Shown here one piece after another: positions 47,134-59,200 of a stretch of 64,000 nucleotides of DNA. The stretch's first letter is position 1. Each line of letters begins with the position of its first letter. Under the pieces are notes generated by a model. The model made no database searches. It was given only the letters and a program-made list of their open reading frames with translations, and was not told where the DNA came from. The position numbers were made by a program, and so were the translations under genes. The stretch is from positions 1 to 64,000 of the forward strand of contig NIVC01002574.1 of assembly GCA_002269645.1 (NCBI GenBank), in the 5' to 3' direction. Source of the stretch: Macrostomum lignano (Eukaryota).

Positions 47134-48975
47134 ATAGCGATATTTCTGCTATCTAAACTTTCGTAGCATCTGCGTCCTTAACACCAAGCGTGAAATTTAC
47201 AATACGGCTGTTTGTTTATTGTTTAAGTTATTATCGACTAAAAACCTGCATTTCTCATTCATCTTTGATGTCAATCAAGTCTGTCATCGTGTTTGTCAGA
47301 CGAAATAATAAGCGAGTGGTTTTTATTAAAGGCTCTGAAAGCTTCTACAGTGACTAGACAGAAAAATGTTTCTTCTGAAATCCAACCTTCCCTGATAATG
47401 TGCGGAATTTTTCGACTTTCTTCTGAATTACGAAAGTTTGGTCTGCTGGGAATAGCGGCAAAGAACCATTATTGACAAAATGTAAAAAATGTTAAATTTC
47501 ATGCATCGATTTGTGTAAAATAAAATAAATGTTCAGTCATGCACTCGTATGTATGTATTGAAGACTGCAGCTTAGTATTATACTGTAAGTATTTAAAATG
47601 TTAATTTTAACTAAATTCATGACTTAATGTCACATTTGTGTACATTTTCTTGTTTTTATTTCTCTATGTATGTTCGGATGTATGTCTCTTCTCTATGTAT
47701 CTACTATATGGTTATTGTTACATTAAGTTTTCAACGTTGTGAAAGTGGCTGCTATTTGAGTTTTCGATGTGAAATTTCGACCTTGTGAAAGCACTCCCCC
47801 CTGATGGCACAGAAAAAATAATAGTGCACAGAACATTCACCACCCATAATTGCAGGCTGGCAAGCCATCGCTCCCTAAAAATAAACGGCCACTGTTCGCC
47901 ATCATATCTGCCAAAACTAGGGTCCCGTCTGGCGTCTATGCTATAATAAGGGGGTTGTGCAGTTTTGCTTTGCAACTTGGCTGAGCGACCGAATTCTTGT
48001 TTAAATCCACAATTTGGCTGGTAGAGGGTTGTGAAATGTATAAATAATGGGATCTAAACGCTATGATATCAAAAAGCTGTCTGCGACAGTTAGACAATGG
48101 AAAACGCCCGCAATGATTGATTGTTTTATATCGCATGTTTTGTTGTTTTGTTTCGTTTGCTGCCTTTCAATAATAATATAGTTTAAATTCATCAGTTTAC
48201 CAATGCTATTCTGGTTTTTGTTCCTTTATTATTTCTATGCTCGAATCGCTTTAGTAGCTCAGGCAATACCATATCTAAATAAATTTCACAATTCTTTAAC
48301 AGGTACAGGTAGGGCTGGTAGGCACTTTATGATAGGATAGGAAACAATTTAAATCATTTTTTAGGTTTTTGATAGAAGAGATTAAACTAAGGCTTCTCTT
48401 ATCAGAAGTAAGAAATAGTGTAAAAAATGCTGTTATTATCAAAACGCTTTGATCGGATAAACCTCTTTATTAAGACTTACTAAGCAATGGGGATTGGGGG
48501 GAGGCAATGCAGATTGCAGACAAAATGACTAAATCAAATGCGCTGCAGGAAAAAAGCATTGCGGGCAAACCTCCGCACGAAAAAACTCGGCAGGCAATTT
48601 GTCTGCTGGCGATTATCGTGCTCCCTTGTAGGACAAAATCGGCTGTGTGACTATGCTAGGCTTGAGCTGTGTGTACATGGCTAGCGTTGGGCTGGAGGGG
48701 TGGGTTAAAGTATCGATCGCCTCCACAATTCCTTTCCCCAAGCCTAGTTCCAACCCACCCCCCACTCACTCCAAGCCTCCAGGGCCGACCTCAAACTGTG
48801 TGGGGCAGTAAAGTCGGGAAGGCTTGTAAAGATAAGTTAAAATCAAATTCGCGCTAGAGGCATTAAAGATAACTTTAATGCGATACCATACGATACCACT
48901 AATGATAAACTCGATTTGTTTTTAACTTCAGATTCAGATTTCTCCAAAAGAGGACTATTTTAAACCACAAACAAA

Positions 48976-51900
48976 ATGGCTGCTTCTGATCCGTCGCCGA
49001 ATCTATTCATTGTGTTTCGCAGTGCCGATACCGTTTCTGAGGATGATGTTCGAGCCTTTTTAGAATCTTTTGACGCACCCGAAACGCTTAGCGTTCCTAG
49101 GCGTAAGGAAGGTGAAAGTCGACTCTGGTAAGTGGATCAAACAAATTTATCATTTGCGTGCTAAATAAACAAGCACCAAAAAGTACATATCTAATAAAAT
49201 ATTAAAATCAGAATCAGGCAGTGATCAGCTGAAATCAATGGGGGGCGGCAGAATCAGGCAGTGGCCAGCTGAAACCAATGGGGGGCGGCAGAATCAGGCA
49301 GTGGCCAGCAGAAGTCTATGGTGAGGGTGGGGGGGGGCGGCAGAATCAGGCAGTGGCCAGAAGAAATCAATGGTGAGGGTGGGGGGGCGGCAGAATCAGG
49401 CAGTGGCCAGCTGAAATCAATGGTGAGGGTGGGGGGGGCGGCAGAATCAGGCAGTGGCCAGCAGAAGTCTATGGTGAGGGTGGGGGGGCGGCAGAATCAG
49501 GCAGTGGCCAGAAGAAATCAATGGTGAGGGTGGGGGGGCGGCAGAATCAGGCAGTGGCCAGCTGAAATCAATGGTGAGGGTGGGGGGGGCGGCAGAATCA
49601 GGCAGTGGCCAGCTGAAATCAATGGGGAGGGTGGGGGGGGCGGCAGAATCAGGCAGTGGCCAGCTGAAATCAATGGTGAGGGTGGGGGGGGGCGGCAGAA
49701 TCAGGCAGTGGCCAGCTGAAATCAATGGTGAGGGTGGGGGGGGCGGCAGAATCAGGCAGTGGCCAGCTGAAATCAATGGTGAGGGTGGGGGGGCGGCAGA
49801 ATCAGGCAGTGGCCAGCTGAAATCAATGGGGAGGGTGGGGGGGGCAGAATCAGGCATTGAAATGAGATTTTTTATTTCTAGAACTTGTGAAATATTTTTT
49901 AGCTTCGCCACATACGAGTCGGAGGCCAAGGCCACGTCCGTAATGAACGCCATCATCGATTCCGGCGCCAATTTAAAAGGCGAACGCCCGACTGTGCGGT
50001 ACAACAATGGTCAGAGAGATAACCGGCGCCGAACTGTCGGCGGTGCTGGCGGTGGAGGCGGCCCCAGCTCAGTGAGTAGTTTTGGGCAGCGCCGCGATGA
50101 CGCCAGGATGGGATCGCAGAGCTCGCTGAGCAAGTCTGGCTTTGGTGGATTTGGCAGCGGCGGAGACACTGCTGCCAGGTCGGCTAGCCGTAGCTCTGGC
50201 GCTGCTGCTAGCCAGTTCTATGCTAATAAGGACATAGATCTTGCCCGTCTGGTTATTAAGTAAGCTTTTTTGTTTGTTTATTAACCCTTTATTAACCCTC
50301 TTAGAAAAGAGGGTAGAGGAGAGAGGAGAGAAGAGGGTACAGGGGAGAGAATAGGGTAGAGAAGAGGGTATAGGAGAGAGGAGAGAAGAGGGTACAGGGG
50401 AGAGAATAGGGTACAGGGGAGAGAATAGGGTAGAGAAGAGGGTAGAGAGGAGAGAAGAGGGGAGGGGGGAAAGGCGAAAAGAGACACCAAGCTCAAGCAG
50501 ACTGGATTGCTATTGCAAAGTGTTGAAAGGCCCGAGGGCCGGATAGAGAGGCTTCGCGGGCCGCATGTGGCCCGCGGACTGGACTTTTCCGACCCCTGCT
50601 TTAAGGTTTAAGCCATGGCTTTACCCTAACTCTTCCTTGATTTACCTTTGGTTTGGCCTACCAACAACTTTTAATTGACCCTTGCCATCAGAAACCTCCC
50701 TCTATGAGCCACAGCATTTCAGAAATTTCTATTCTCAACTCAATTTATCAATCAACATCCGCGCAGAGTGGAGACTGGCAACGGCGTGCGTCACATCGAA
50801 TGCCAGCCGGATTGTTTCAATCTGATGAGGCAGTTCATGGCGCCGGATGAGGTGGACACCGGAATTCGGGCCTTTGCCATCTCCGCCAATGGTGGCGGGG
50901 GCCAGCAGGCGCCAATTCCAATCAGAGCTGAGCAGACCGCGCCAGTGTTGACCAATGGCCAGCGGCAGCACAATAACGGCGGTGGCCTTCGAACTTCTTC
51001 AAGTCCGCAGCAGCTGATGCCGCCGCCGCCACCGCTTCGGCAGCCGCAGGCGCCGCCTCAGACTGTCGTCCCAGAGGCCGCGTCAACCGTGCCTAAACCA
51101 GTAGCGCGCTTCGAGCCCAGACGCCTGGCACCGGGTGAACGCCTGCGGGCCCAGCTAATTGAATTCGATTCAGTGAACCAGTTTACAGCTGTTGACATGA
51201 AGCTGGGCGAGAAGTACCAACAACAGGTGGAGGTTTTGATTGATCGGCTCTATAATAATGCCAATGGTCTGGCTGTTAGGGAATCTGCTATCGATCCTAA
51301 GGTGGGCGACTGCGTGTGCGCCATGTGGGACTCCGACAGCAAATACTATAGGGCCGTGGTGCGCGAGGTGTCCGGCGGCCGGCTCACTGTGTTCTTCTTT
51401 GACGAGGCCTCCATCGATGGCGTGCAGGCTGCCAAGGTGCGGATACGTTAGTTTTTAATAAAAGTTAATACCCTCTGGGGGCCTGGGGAGAGCTGAACAC
51501 CCTCTGGGGGCCTGGGGAGAGCTGAACACCCTCTGGGGGCCTGGGGAGAGCTGAACACCCTCTGGGGGCCTGGGGAGAGCTGAACACCCTCTGGGGGCCT
51601 GGGGAGAGCTGAACACCCTCTGGGGGCCTGGGGAGAGCTGAACACCCTCTGGGGGCCTGGGGAGAGCTGAACACCCTCTGGGGGCCTGAGGAGAGCTGAA
51701 CACCCTCTGAGGGGGCCTGGGGAGAGCTGAAAACTCTCTGAAGGGGCCTGGGGAGAGCTGAACACCCTCTGGGGGCCTGGGGAGAGCTGAACACCCTCTG
51801 GGGGCCTGGGGAGAGCTGAACACCCTCTGGGGGCCTGGGGAGAGCTGAACACCCTCTGGGGGCCTGGGGAGAGCTGAACACCCTCTGGGGGCCTGGGGAG

Positions 51901-54161
51901 AGCTGAACACCCTCTGGGGGCCTGGGGAGAGCTGAAACCTCTGAGGGGCCTGGGGAGAGCTGAAACCCTCTGAGGGGCCTGGGGATAGCTGAACACCCTC
52001 TGGGGGCCTGGGGAGAGCTGAACACCCTCTGGGGGCCTGGGGAGAGCTGAACACCCTCTGAGGGGGCCTGGGGAGAGCTGAAAACTCTCTGAAGGGGCCT
52101 GGGGAGAGCTGAACACCCTCTGAGGGGGCCTGGGGAGAGCTGAACACCCTCTGAGGGGGCCTGGGGAGAGCTGAACACCCTCTGAGGGGGGCGAGGGAGA
52201 GCTGAACACCCTCTGAGGGGGGCGAGGGAGAGTTGAACAGTCACCCTCAGATGCCTCAATGATAGGCAGGAATGTGGATGCTTTGATTTATAGTCGCGAG
52301 TCGCATTCCCATTTTCCCTATCAGGTTCGCAAAATTGCTCCCGAGCTGATTAGCCTGCCCAACCTGGCCCTGCTATGCCGTCTTGACGGTGTGCAAGATT
52401 CCGAGTTTAACCGCCTGCGTAACAAACTAGCTGCTGCCGGCTTTATCGTAGACTTAGAGATTGTACAATGCAACGGATTCGAGTGCTCAGTTCGAATGTA
52501 TCTGGGCGGCGAGTGTCTTAACAATGCCCCGGCTGCTGCCGCGCCCGCTTCTCAAGCAGCTTCGTCGCTGCCTGTTCGCAGCGTCGAGCCCAACCGCGAG
52601 TACCCAGTGGTGGCTATTGAAGCCGCTTCGCCCGCCGAGCTGGGCCTCATGCTGATTGAACACGAGACCGACTACCAGGCTGTGGCCGCTCTGCTTGCTC
52701 AAATCAATGCCAACAATGGCGCAAATCTGGAGCCTCTGCCCGCTATACCGCCAGTTGGCTCAGCCTGTCTGGCCAGGTGGGCCCAAGATAATAATTTCTA
52801 TCGGGCCAGAGTTATCCAACTAGTCGGAGACAACAGGTGCCGGCTGTTTTTCCTCGACGATGGCAACACCGACATGGCCGACTTAGAACAGCTCAAACAA
52901 CTGCCGGCCGAGTTGACAGCAGAGCCGCCTGTGGCGCTGCGCTGTCGCGCCGTCAACGCGTCCGATGCCCGCCTGACCAAGCCGATCCCGACCAACTGCG
53001 AGATGCTGGCCGTCTTTGCCGCCGGGGGCGCCGGCGATGCCGAAGTTTGTTTCGACGCTTCACTTGTTGGCCTTCAATTTGCGGCCGATAAGAGTGACGC
53101 GTTAATAGTGTCTGTTCCGGCTGCTTCGTCAGCTTTACCCGCTGCTCCTGCAGCTGCCGTCCCGGCGTTCTTGGCTTCTGTTAACAATATTGATCAGGGC
53201 GACGATTCGCGCGAAGTTCGCATCGTGCATATGGACTCACCGATAGATTTCCTGGTGCAGCGCACCGATATGTAAGCGCTCTAAACCATGAGTTTCATTG
53301 TATCTTTTCTATTCCCTTTCCCTCCGCTTCTCGCTTCCCCATCTCCCCATCCGCTTCTCCCTTTTCCCATCTCCCCATCAACTTTTCCCTTTCCCCATCT
53401 CCCCATCCACTTCTCCCTTTTCCCATTTCCCCATCAACTTTTCCCTTTCCCCATCTCCCCATCCACTTCTCCCTTTTCCTATCTCCCCATCAACTTCTCC
53501 CTTTCCCCATCTCCCCATCCACTTCTCCCTTTTCCATCTCCCCATCCACTTCTCCCTTTTCCCATCTCCCCATGCACTTCTCCCTTTTCCCATCTCCCCA
53601 TACACTTCTCCCTTTTCCTATCTCCCCATCCACTTCTCCCTTTTCCCATCTCCCCATACACTTCTCCCTTTTCCTATCTCCCCATCCACTTCTCCCTTTT
53701 CCCATCTCTCCATGCACTTCTCCCTTTTCCCATCTCCCCATGCACTTTCTCCCTTTTCCCATCTCCCCATACACTTCTCCCTTTTCCTATCTCCCCATCC
53801 ACTTCTCCCTTTTCCCATCTCTCCATGCACTTCTCCCTTTCCCATCTCCCCATACACTTCTCCCTTTTCCTATCTCCCCATCCACTTCTCCCTTTTCCCA
53901 TCTCCTCATGCACTTCTCCCTTTTCCCATCTCCCCATGTACTTCTCCCTTTTCCTATCTTCCCATCCACTTCTCCCTTTTCCTATCTTCCCATCCACTTC
54001 TCCCTTTTCCCATCTCCCCATCCACTTCTCCCTTTCCCATCTCCCCATGCACTTCTCCCTTTTCCCATCTCCCCATCCACTTCTCCCTTTTCCCATCTCC
54101 CCATACACTTCTCCCTTTTCCCATCTCCCCATCCGCTTCTCCCCTATCTACCTAGGCACGT

Positions 54162-54216
<55 letters not shown>

Positions 54217-54770
54217 AGTCGTCTGCGATATTGTGGGTGCAAACAGCATCGATATAATTAACTGACAATTATCTTGCCAACAACAATTTGCGCAGGGACG
54301 CCGAGTTTGGACAGTTTGCCGTTGAGCTGGACGCTCACTGCAAGCAGGGCGCGAGCCCGTGCCAACCGTCCGACCTGCAGGTCAATAGCCTGGTTGCCGC
54401 CCCATTCATGGATGTGTACTATCGGGCCAGGATCACTCAGCTCCTACCTGACCAGTCTAGTGCCGTAGTCTATTATATAGACTACGGCAATGCCGATTCA
54501 GTCAGATTCAACCAGCTATTTAAGCTCGAGCCGGCCCACCTGGCCAAGCCAGCCTGGGTTAAGCGGGGCCGGCTTAGCCGCATCGCTCCGGCCGCTAGCA
54601 ACGGCCAGTGGCCCGACAACATCCAGGTCGACGTGCAGACCCAGCTGGGCGGGGACACCGCCGTGCTGCGCTTCGCCCCGCCCGACGCCTGCGACCTGGC
54701 CACTGAACAATGCCCGTCTCTGTGCCAGGCTCTCGTCCGGGCGGGACTAGCCGCTATTGTTATCGAATGA
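48976..54770 (+). CDS. RRM, Gly/Ser-rich linker and three extended Tudor domains (gene B), about 866 aa
   Basis: Exons 48976-49127, 49903-50259, 50767-51436, 52325-53271 and 54296-54770 with consistent phases. Tudor motifs CAMWDSDSKYYRA, ARWAQDNNFYRARV and YYRARI...YIDYGN. Confidence 0.88.
49205..49860. repeat. About 50-bp G-rich minisatellite in Tudor gene B intron 1
   Basis: Unit AATCAATGGTGAGGGTGGGGGGGGCGGCAGAATCAGGCAGTGGCCAGCTGA. Confidence 0.95.
50305..50470. repeat. GA-rich repeat in Tudor gene B intron 2
   Basis: Recurring GAGAAGAGGGTA and GGGGAGAGAATAGGGTA. Confidence 0.85.
51470..52240. repeat. 29-bp minisatellite in Tudor gene B intron 3
   Basis: Unit CCCTCTGGGGGCCTGGGGAGAGCTGAACA. 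Confidence 0.97.
53330..54215. repeat. About 28-bp pyrimidine-rich minisatellite followed by (GC)n(GA)n in Tudor gene B intron 4
   Basis: Unit CATCTCCCCATCCACTTCTCCCTTTTCC. Confidence 0.97.
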
Positions 54771-55503
54771 TTGAAAGGCCAAACTTGACGTTGCGTTGCT
54801 TGCAAACTTTTCGACATTTATAGGGAGCTTTTATTTATTTTACTATCGTGTCTATTCTGTTCGATTTTGTTTGTTGTATTTGGCGCCGTGAGCCCAGCTT
54901 TGAAGTGAAACAGCAATTTTCTATTACTTACAAAGCATTTAAGGAAACATTAACAGGTGCATTGAGCTGATTCCTGGTGTTTATCATATTGTTTGTTGTG
55001 CAATTTCTCATTTATTGTCCCTATCTGTAGTTTTGTGACCAATTAGCTTTGCCTTGTAACTTTTAATAGCTTTTTAAACGAATTTAATTACGAGCTAGCT
55101 ATATCACCACGTTTGTGCTTCTCAGCGTTCAGCTAGCTAATCGCTATAGAAGTCACAGAAAGGTCCGTTTTAGTTTTATTACGCTGTGTTGTGTTTAATT
55201 TTTAACCGTTTCTCCTAGTAAAGGTTTTGTTCTCGCGGCCTATGCCCATATATTATTATTTTCTGTTTAAACGAAATCAATTTCCTGATAAAGAAATTTT
55301 TAAAACCGCCGTAATTCGCCGCCCATTGCCGCTCAGTCATTTCCATCTTTGTGAAATAATTCAAACAATAAATAATAGCGGCTAAGCTTGTTCGCAGGCT
55401 TTTGCTAAAGTCTACCTTTTTTGATAGAACTGTTTTGTTTGGGCTCGATTTTCTTATTGGCTAAGGACCGCATTAGAACTGGTGCCAGAGTATCCGGGCT
55501 CGC

Positions 55504-55967
55504 ACCACAGATACTAGAATAACTAGATAGGTCACTCAGCACATTTGCGTGTAAGCTACTTTCAGTTCAGTAGTAAGTTAAACAGAAGCATTTTAATTTA
55601 AATGTATTTTTAAAGCCTCATTTATTGGCTCTTACCCCCACCCCCCCAGCTTAAACCCTCCAACCGCGCCATTCCACCCAACCCCTCCCCGCCCGCCCCA
55701 ATTTTTATTGCCTTTCTCGAAATTCCAGCCTAAAGCTGCCATGTACATTTCAGTGGACTGGCCAATGTACATTATTGCTGAACCAATTAGCAAGTTGTTT
55801 ACCGCCTGCAAGCTTGGGCTTCTAAACTTATCAAAGCCATTTCAGCTGCCTTTATTTTTATAAAATAGCTTATGTATTCTTCTTTGCTACTGAACTGAAA
55901 GTAGAAAGCTGTTTCTTAAAAGTATATGTGCCTGAGTGGCCCATCTAGTTATTTTAGTATCTGTGGT
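55504..55967. mobile_element. MITE family copy 3
   Basis: TIRs ACCACAGATACTAGAATAACTAGAT and ATCTAGTTATTTTAGTATCTGTGGT; the interior matches the 43.9 kb copy. Confidence 0.88.
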
Positions 55968-56208
55968 TCACACTAATATCCTGTGTGAGTGTGCAGTGTG
56001 CCTGTTGTCGACGTCGTAAAGTTTTCCCAGGTGAATCATGGAGGAACTTTTCATTTTCCATCGACCTCGAAGTTGGTGCTTGACATTTGGGTACATTTAG
56101 TGAAGCAGGGAAGTTTTTAGAAAAATCGCTCACAATTCCTTTTGGTAATGTTTGATAAACAGCCTTTATATACATATTTTATAATTTGATGCATGTCCAA
56201 GCCGAAAC

Positions 56209-59200
56209 ATGCTTAACTCGTTAAAGAACTACGTTAACACCCAGCTGTCTACTATTAATCCGTACAAAATTGAAGAGGCCAATCCTGCTAACTTTAACAA
56301 GTGAGTCAGTCGGGCGTGTTGCCTCCATTGTTATAACTAATCAGTGGTTACTTCTTTTTATTTTAGTAGTAATTAATGAGAATTGCAATTTACAGGTACC
56401 AGGTGCACATTAGCGACAATGCGGGCAGCAAATTGTACCGGGTGGCCAATCATTTCGAGATGATATTTACCTATACAAATGCCAAAAATGAGTCTAAGGC
56501 ATATTCGTGAGTTGTGTTTTTGCTTTTGTCAAACTGCTTTTAACCTGAAGGCAGAAACAGAAATGTAGAAGATGGGAAGGGAGAGATGCTGGAGGTGGGA
56601 AGGGAGAGATGCTGGAGGTGGGAAGGGAGAGATGCTGGAGGTGGGAAGGGAGAGATGCTGGAGGTGGAAGGGAGAGATGCTGGAGGTGAGAAGGGAGATA
56701 TGCTGGAGGTGGGAAGGGAGAGATGCTGGAGGTGGGAAGGGAGATATGCTGGAGGTGGAAGGGAGAGATGCTGGAGGTGGGAAGGGAGAGATGCTGGAGG
56801 TGGGAAGGGAGAGATGCTGGAGGTGGGAAGGGAGAGATGCTGGAGGTGGAAGGGAGAGATGCTGGAGGTGGGAAGGGAGAGATGCTGGAGGTGGGAAGGG
56901 AGATATGCTGGAGGTGAGAAGGGAGATATGCTGGAGGTGGAAGGGAGAGATGCTGGAGGTGGGAAGGGAGAGATGCTGGAGGTGGGAAGGGAGAGATGCT
57001 GGAGGTGGGAAGGGAGAGATGCTGGAGGTGGGAAGGGAGAGATGCTGGAGGTGGGAAGGGAGAGATGCTGCAGGTGGGAAGGGAGAGATGCAGTAGGCAA
57101 GGTGATAGTTCCTCAAAAAGCGTGAAACCAACTCAAACCCAGACTGTTCCGGCTGGAGAGCATGTCCGACGCCGAGACCCTGTTCGCTCACTATTCCTCT
57201 CGACTGCGCGTTCTGGAGCGCGTCGAACGGGCCCTGCTGACGCGCAAGAAAGACGTGGAATCTGCCTGCGAAGTGCTGCGCCAGAATCCCGGCTACACGG
57301 CCTGCCACGTTGCTGTGCACCTCAACTGGATACACATGCTGCGGCACCCCGATATGGTTGCCACTGTGAACTCGCCCGACGATGTTAGCCGAATCACTCC
57401 ATTCATACTGTCCGTTGTCAATGGCAACATGTCCATTGTGCGCGAATTTCTAACTATGAGCAACGTTGACCTCACCATAGTGGACTCGAATGGCGATTCC
57501 GTGTTTCATCACGCGGCCGGGAAGCCCAGCGAGCTCATGACTGTGAGCCTGACTGATGACTGACTCACTGACTGACTGACTCACTGACTCACTGACTCAC
57601 TGACTCACTGACTCACTGACTGACTCACTGACTCACTGACTCACTGACTGACTCACTGACTGACCGACTGACTGACTAACTGACTGACTGACTCACTGAC
57701 CGACTGACTCACTGACTGACTGACTGACTCACTGACTCACTGCACTGACTGACTCACTGACTCACTGACTCACTGACTGACTCACTGACTCACTGACTGA
57801 CTCACTGACTCACTGACTGACTCACTGACTGACCGACTGACTGACTGACTGACTCACTGACTCACTGACCAACTGACTCACTGACTGACTGACTCACTGA
57901 CTCACTGCACTGACTGACTGACTGACTGACTGACTCACTGACCAACTGACTCACTGACTGACTGATTCACTGACTCACTGCACTGACTGACTGACTGACT
58001 GACTCACTCACTGACTGACTGACTGACTGACTCACTGACTCATTGACTCACTGCACTGACTGACTGACTCACTGACTGACTGACTGACTGACTGACTGAC
58101 TCACTGACTGACTCACTGACTGACTGACTGACTGACTTGATAAGCGTTATCACTGTTACTCTAACTATTCAGCTGCTAATCGGCCGCGACCAGACGATGG
58201 TGAATCACGTGAACGACGAGGGAAAAGTGCCGTTGCACCTCACCTGTCAGGCTGCTGACGACTTGGGCACCCTGCTGCTGCTGCAGGCCGGCGCCGATCC
58301 GGCTGGCGGCGAGGCCACCTGCCCGGCCAAGCCCATCCACCTGGCCATGCGGAGCTGCTCGCTCAAGTGAGATCTGTTCATTTCTAGCTGCCCGATGTAA
58401 AACCAGTCTGTGCTTACCATGCCTTGCCTATGTCAGTCTATGTCAGCTATGGTAGGCGCTGTATATGATACAGCCTACTGAACAGTAGCGAGCAAGGAAT
58501 CACGCTCGTAGAAGCTCACACACTGCATACCATAATAACTTTCTGTTTGATTATATTACACAGACACTAATTAGTAGATGGACCATTTAGCCATTTTTAA
58601 TTGCTTGGTAAGAAGCGTTTTCTCTACTTTCAGTTTAGTAGCAAGAAAGCGTGCGTCAGCTATTTTATAATTATAAAATAAAGGTTGTTTAAATGGTTAT
58701 TAGACGTAAACAATTCTTGCTATTGGTGCAGCTGTACTGTACATTAGCCAAGCGCCACTAAAGATGTACATGTACATTGGCCAGCGACACTGAAGATATA
58801 TATGTACATTAGCCAAGCGCCACTGAAGATGTACATCTACATTAGCCAGCGCCACTGAAGAGGTACATGTACATTAGCCAGCGCCACTGAAGAGGTACAT
58901 GTACATTAGCCAGCGCCACTGAAGAGGTACATGTACATTAGCCAGCGCCACTGAAGAGGTACATGTACATTAGCCAGCGCCACTGAAGAGGTACATGTAC
59001 ATTAGCCAAGCGCCACTAAAGATGTACATGTACATTAGCCAGCGACACTGAAGATATATATGTACATTAGCCAAGCGCCACTGAAGAGGTACATGTACAT
59101 TAGCCAGCGCCACTGAAGAGGTACATGTACATTAGCCAGCGCCACTGAAGAGGTACATGTACATTAGCCAAGCGCCACTAAAGATGTACATGTACATTAG

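Noticed and set aside
47718-48136. Minus-strand ORFs with a piggyBac-like RYDGxxWP word
   Set aside because: A single short motif with no Cys-rich tail or catalytic motifs; not supportable.
47009-48975. Fusion of Tudor genes A and B into one gene
   Set aside because: The acceptors at 48931 and 48937 lead to a TAA in the frame of gene B's ATG, so that segment behaves as 5' UTR.
49205-49860. G-quadruplex regulatory array
   Set aside because: G-runs are present, but this is generic for G-rich minisatellites and nothing points to a function.
51448-54265. Pro/Ser/Phe-rich and Gly/Glu/Lys-rich ORFs inside Tudor gene B
   Set aside because: They coincide exactly with intronic 28-29 bp arrays.
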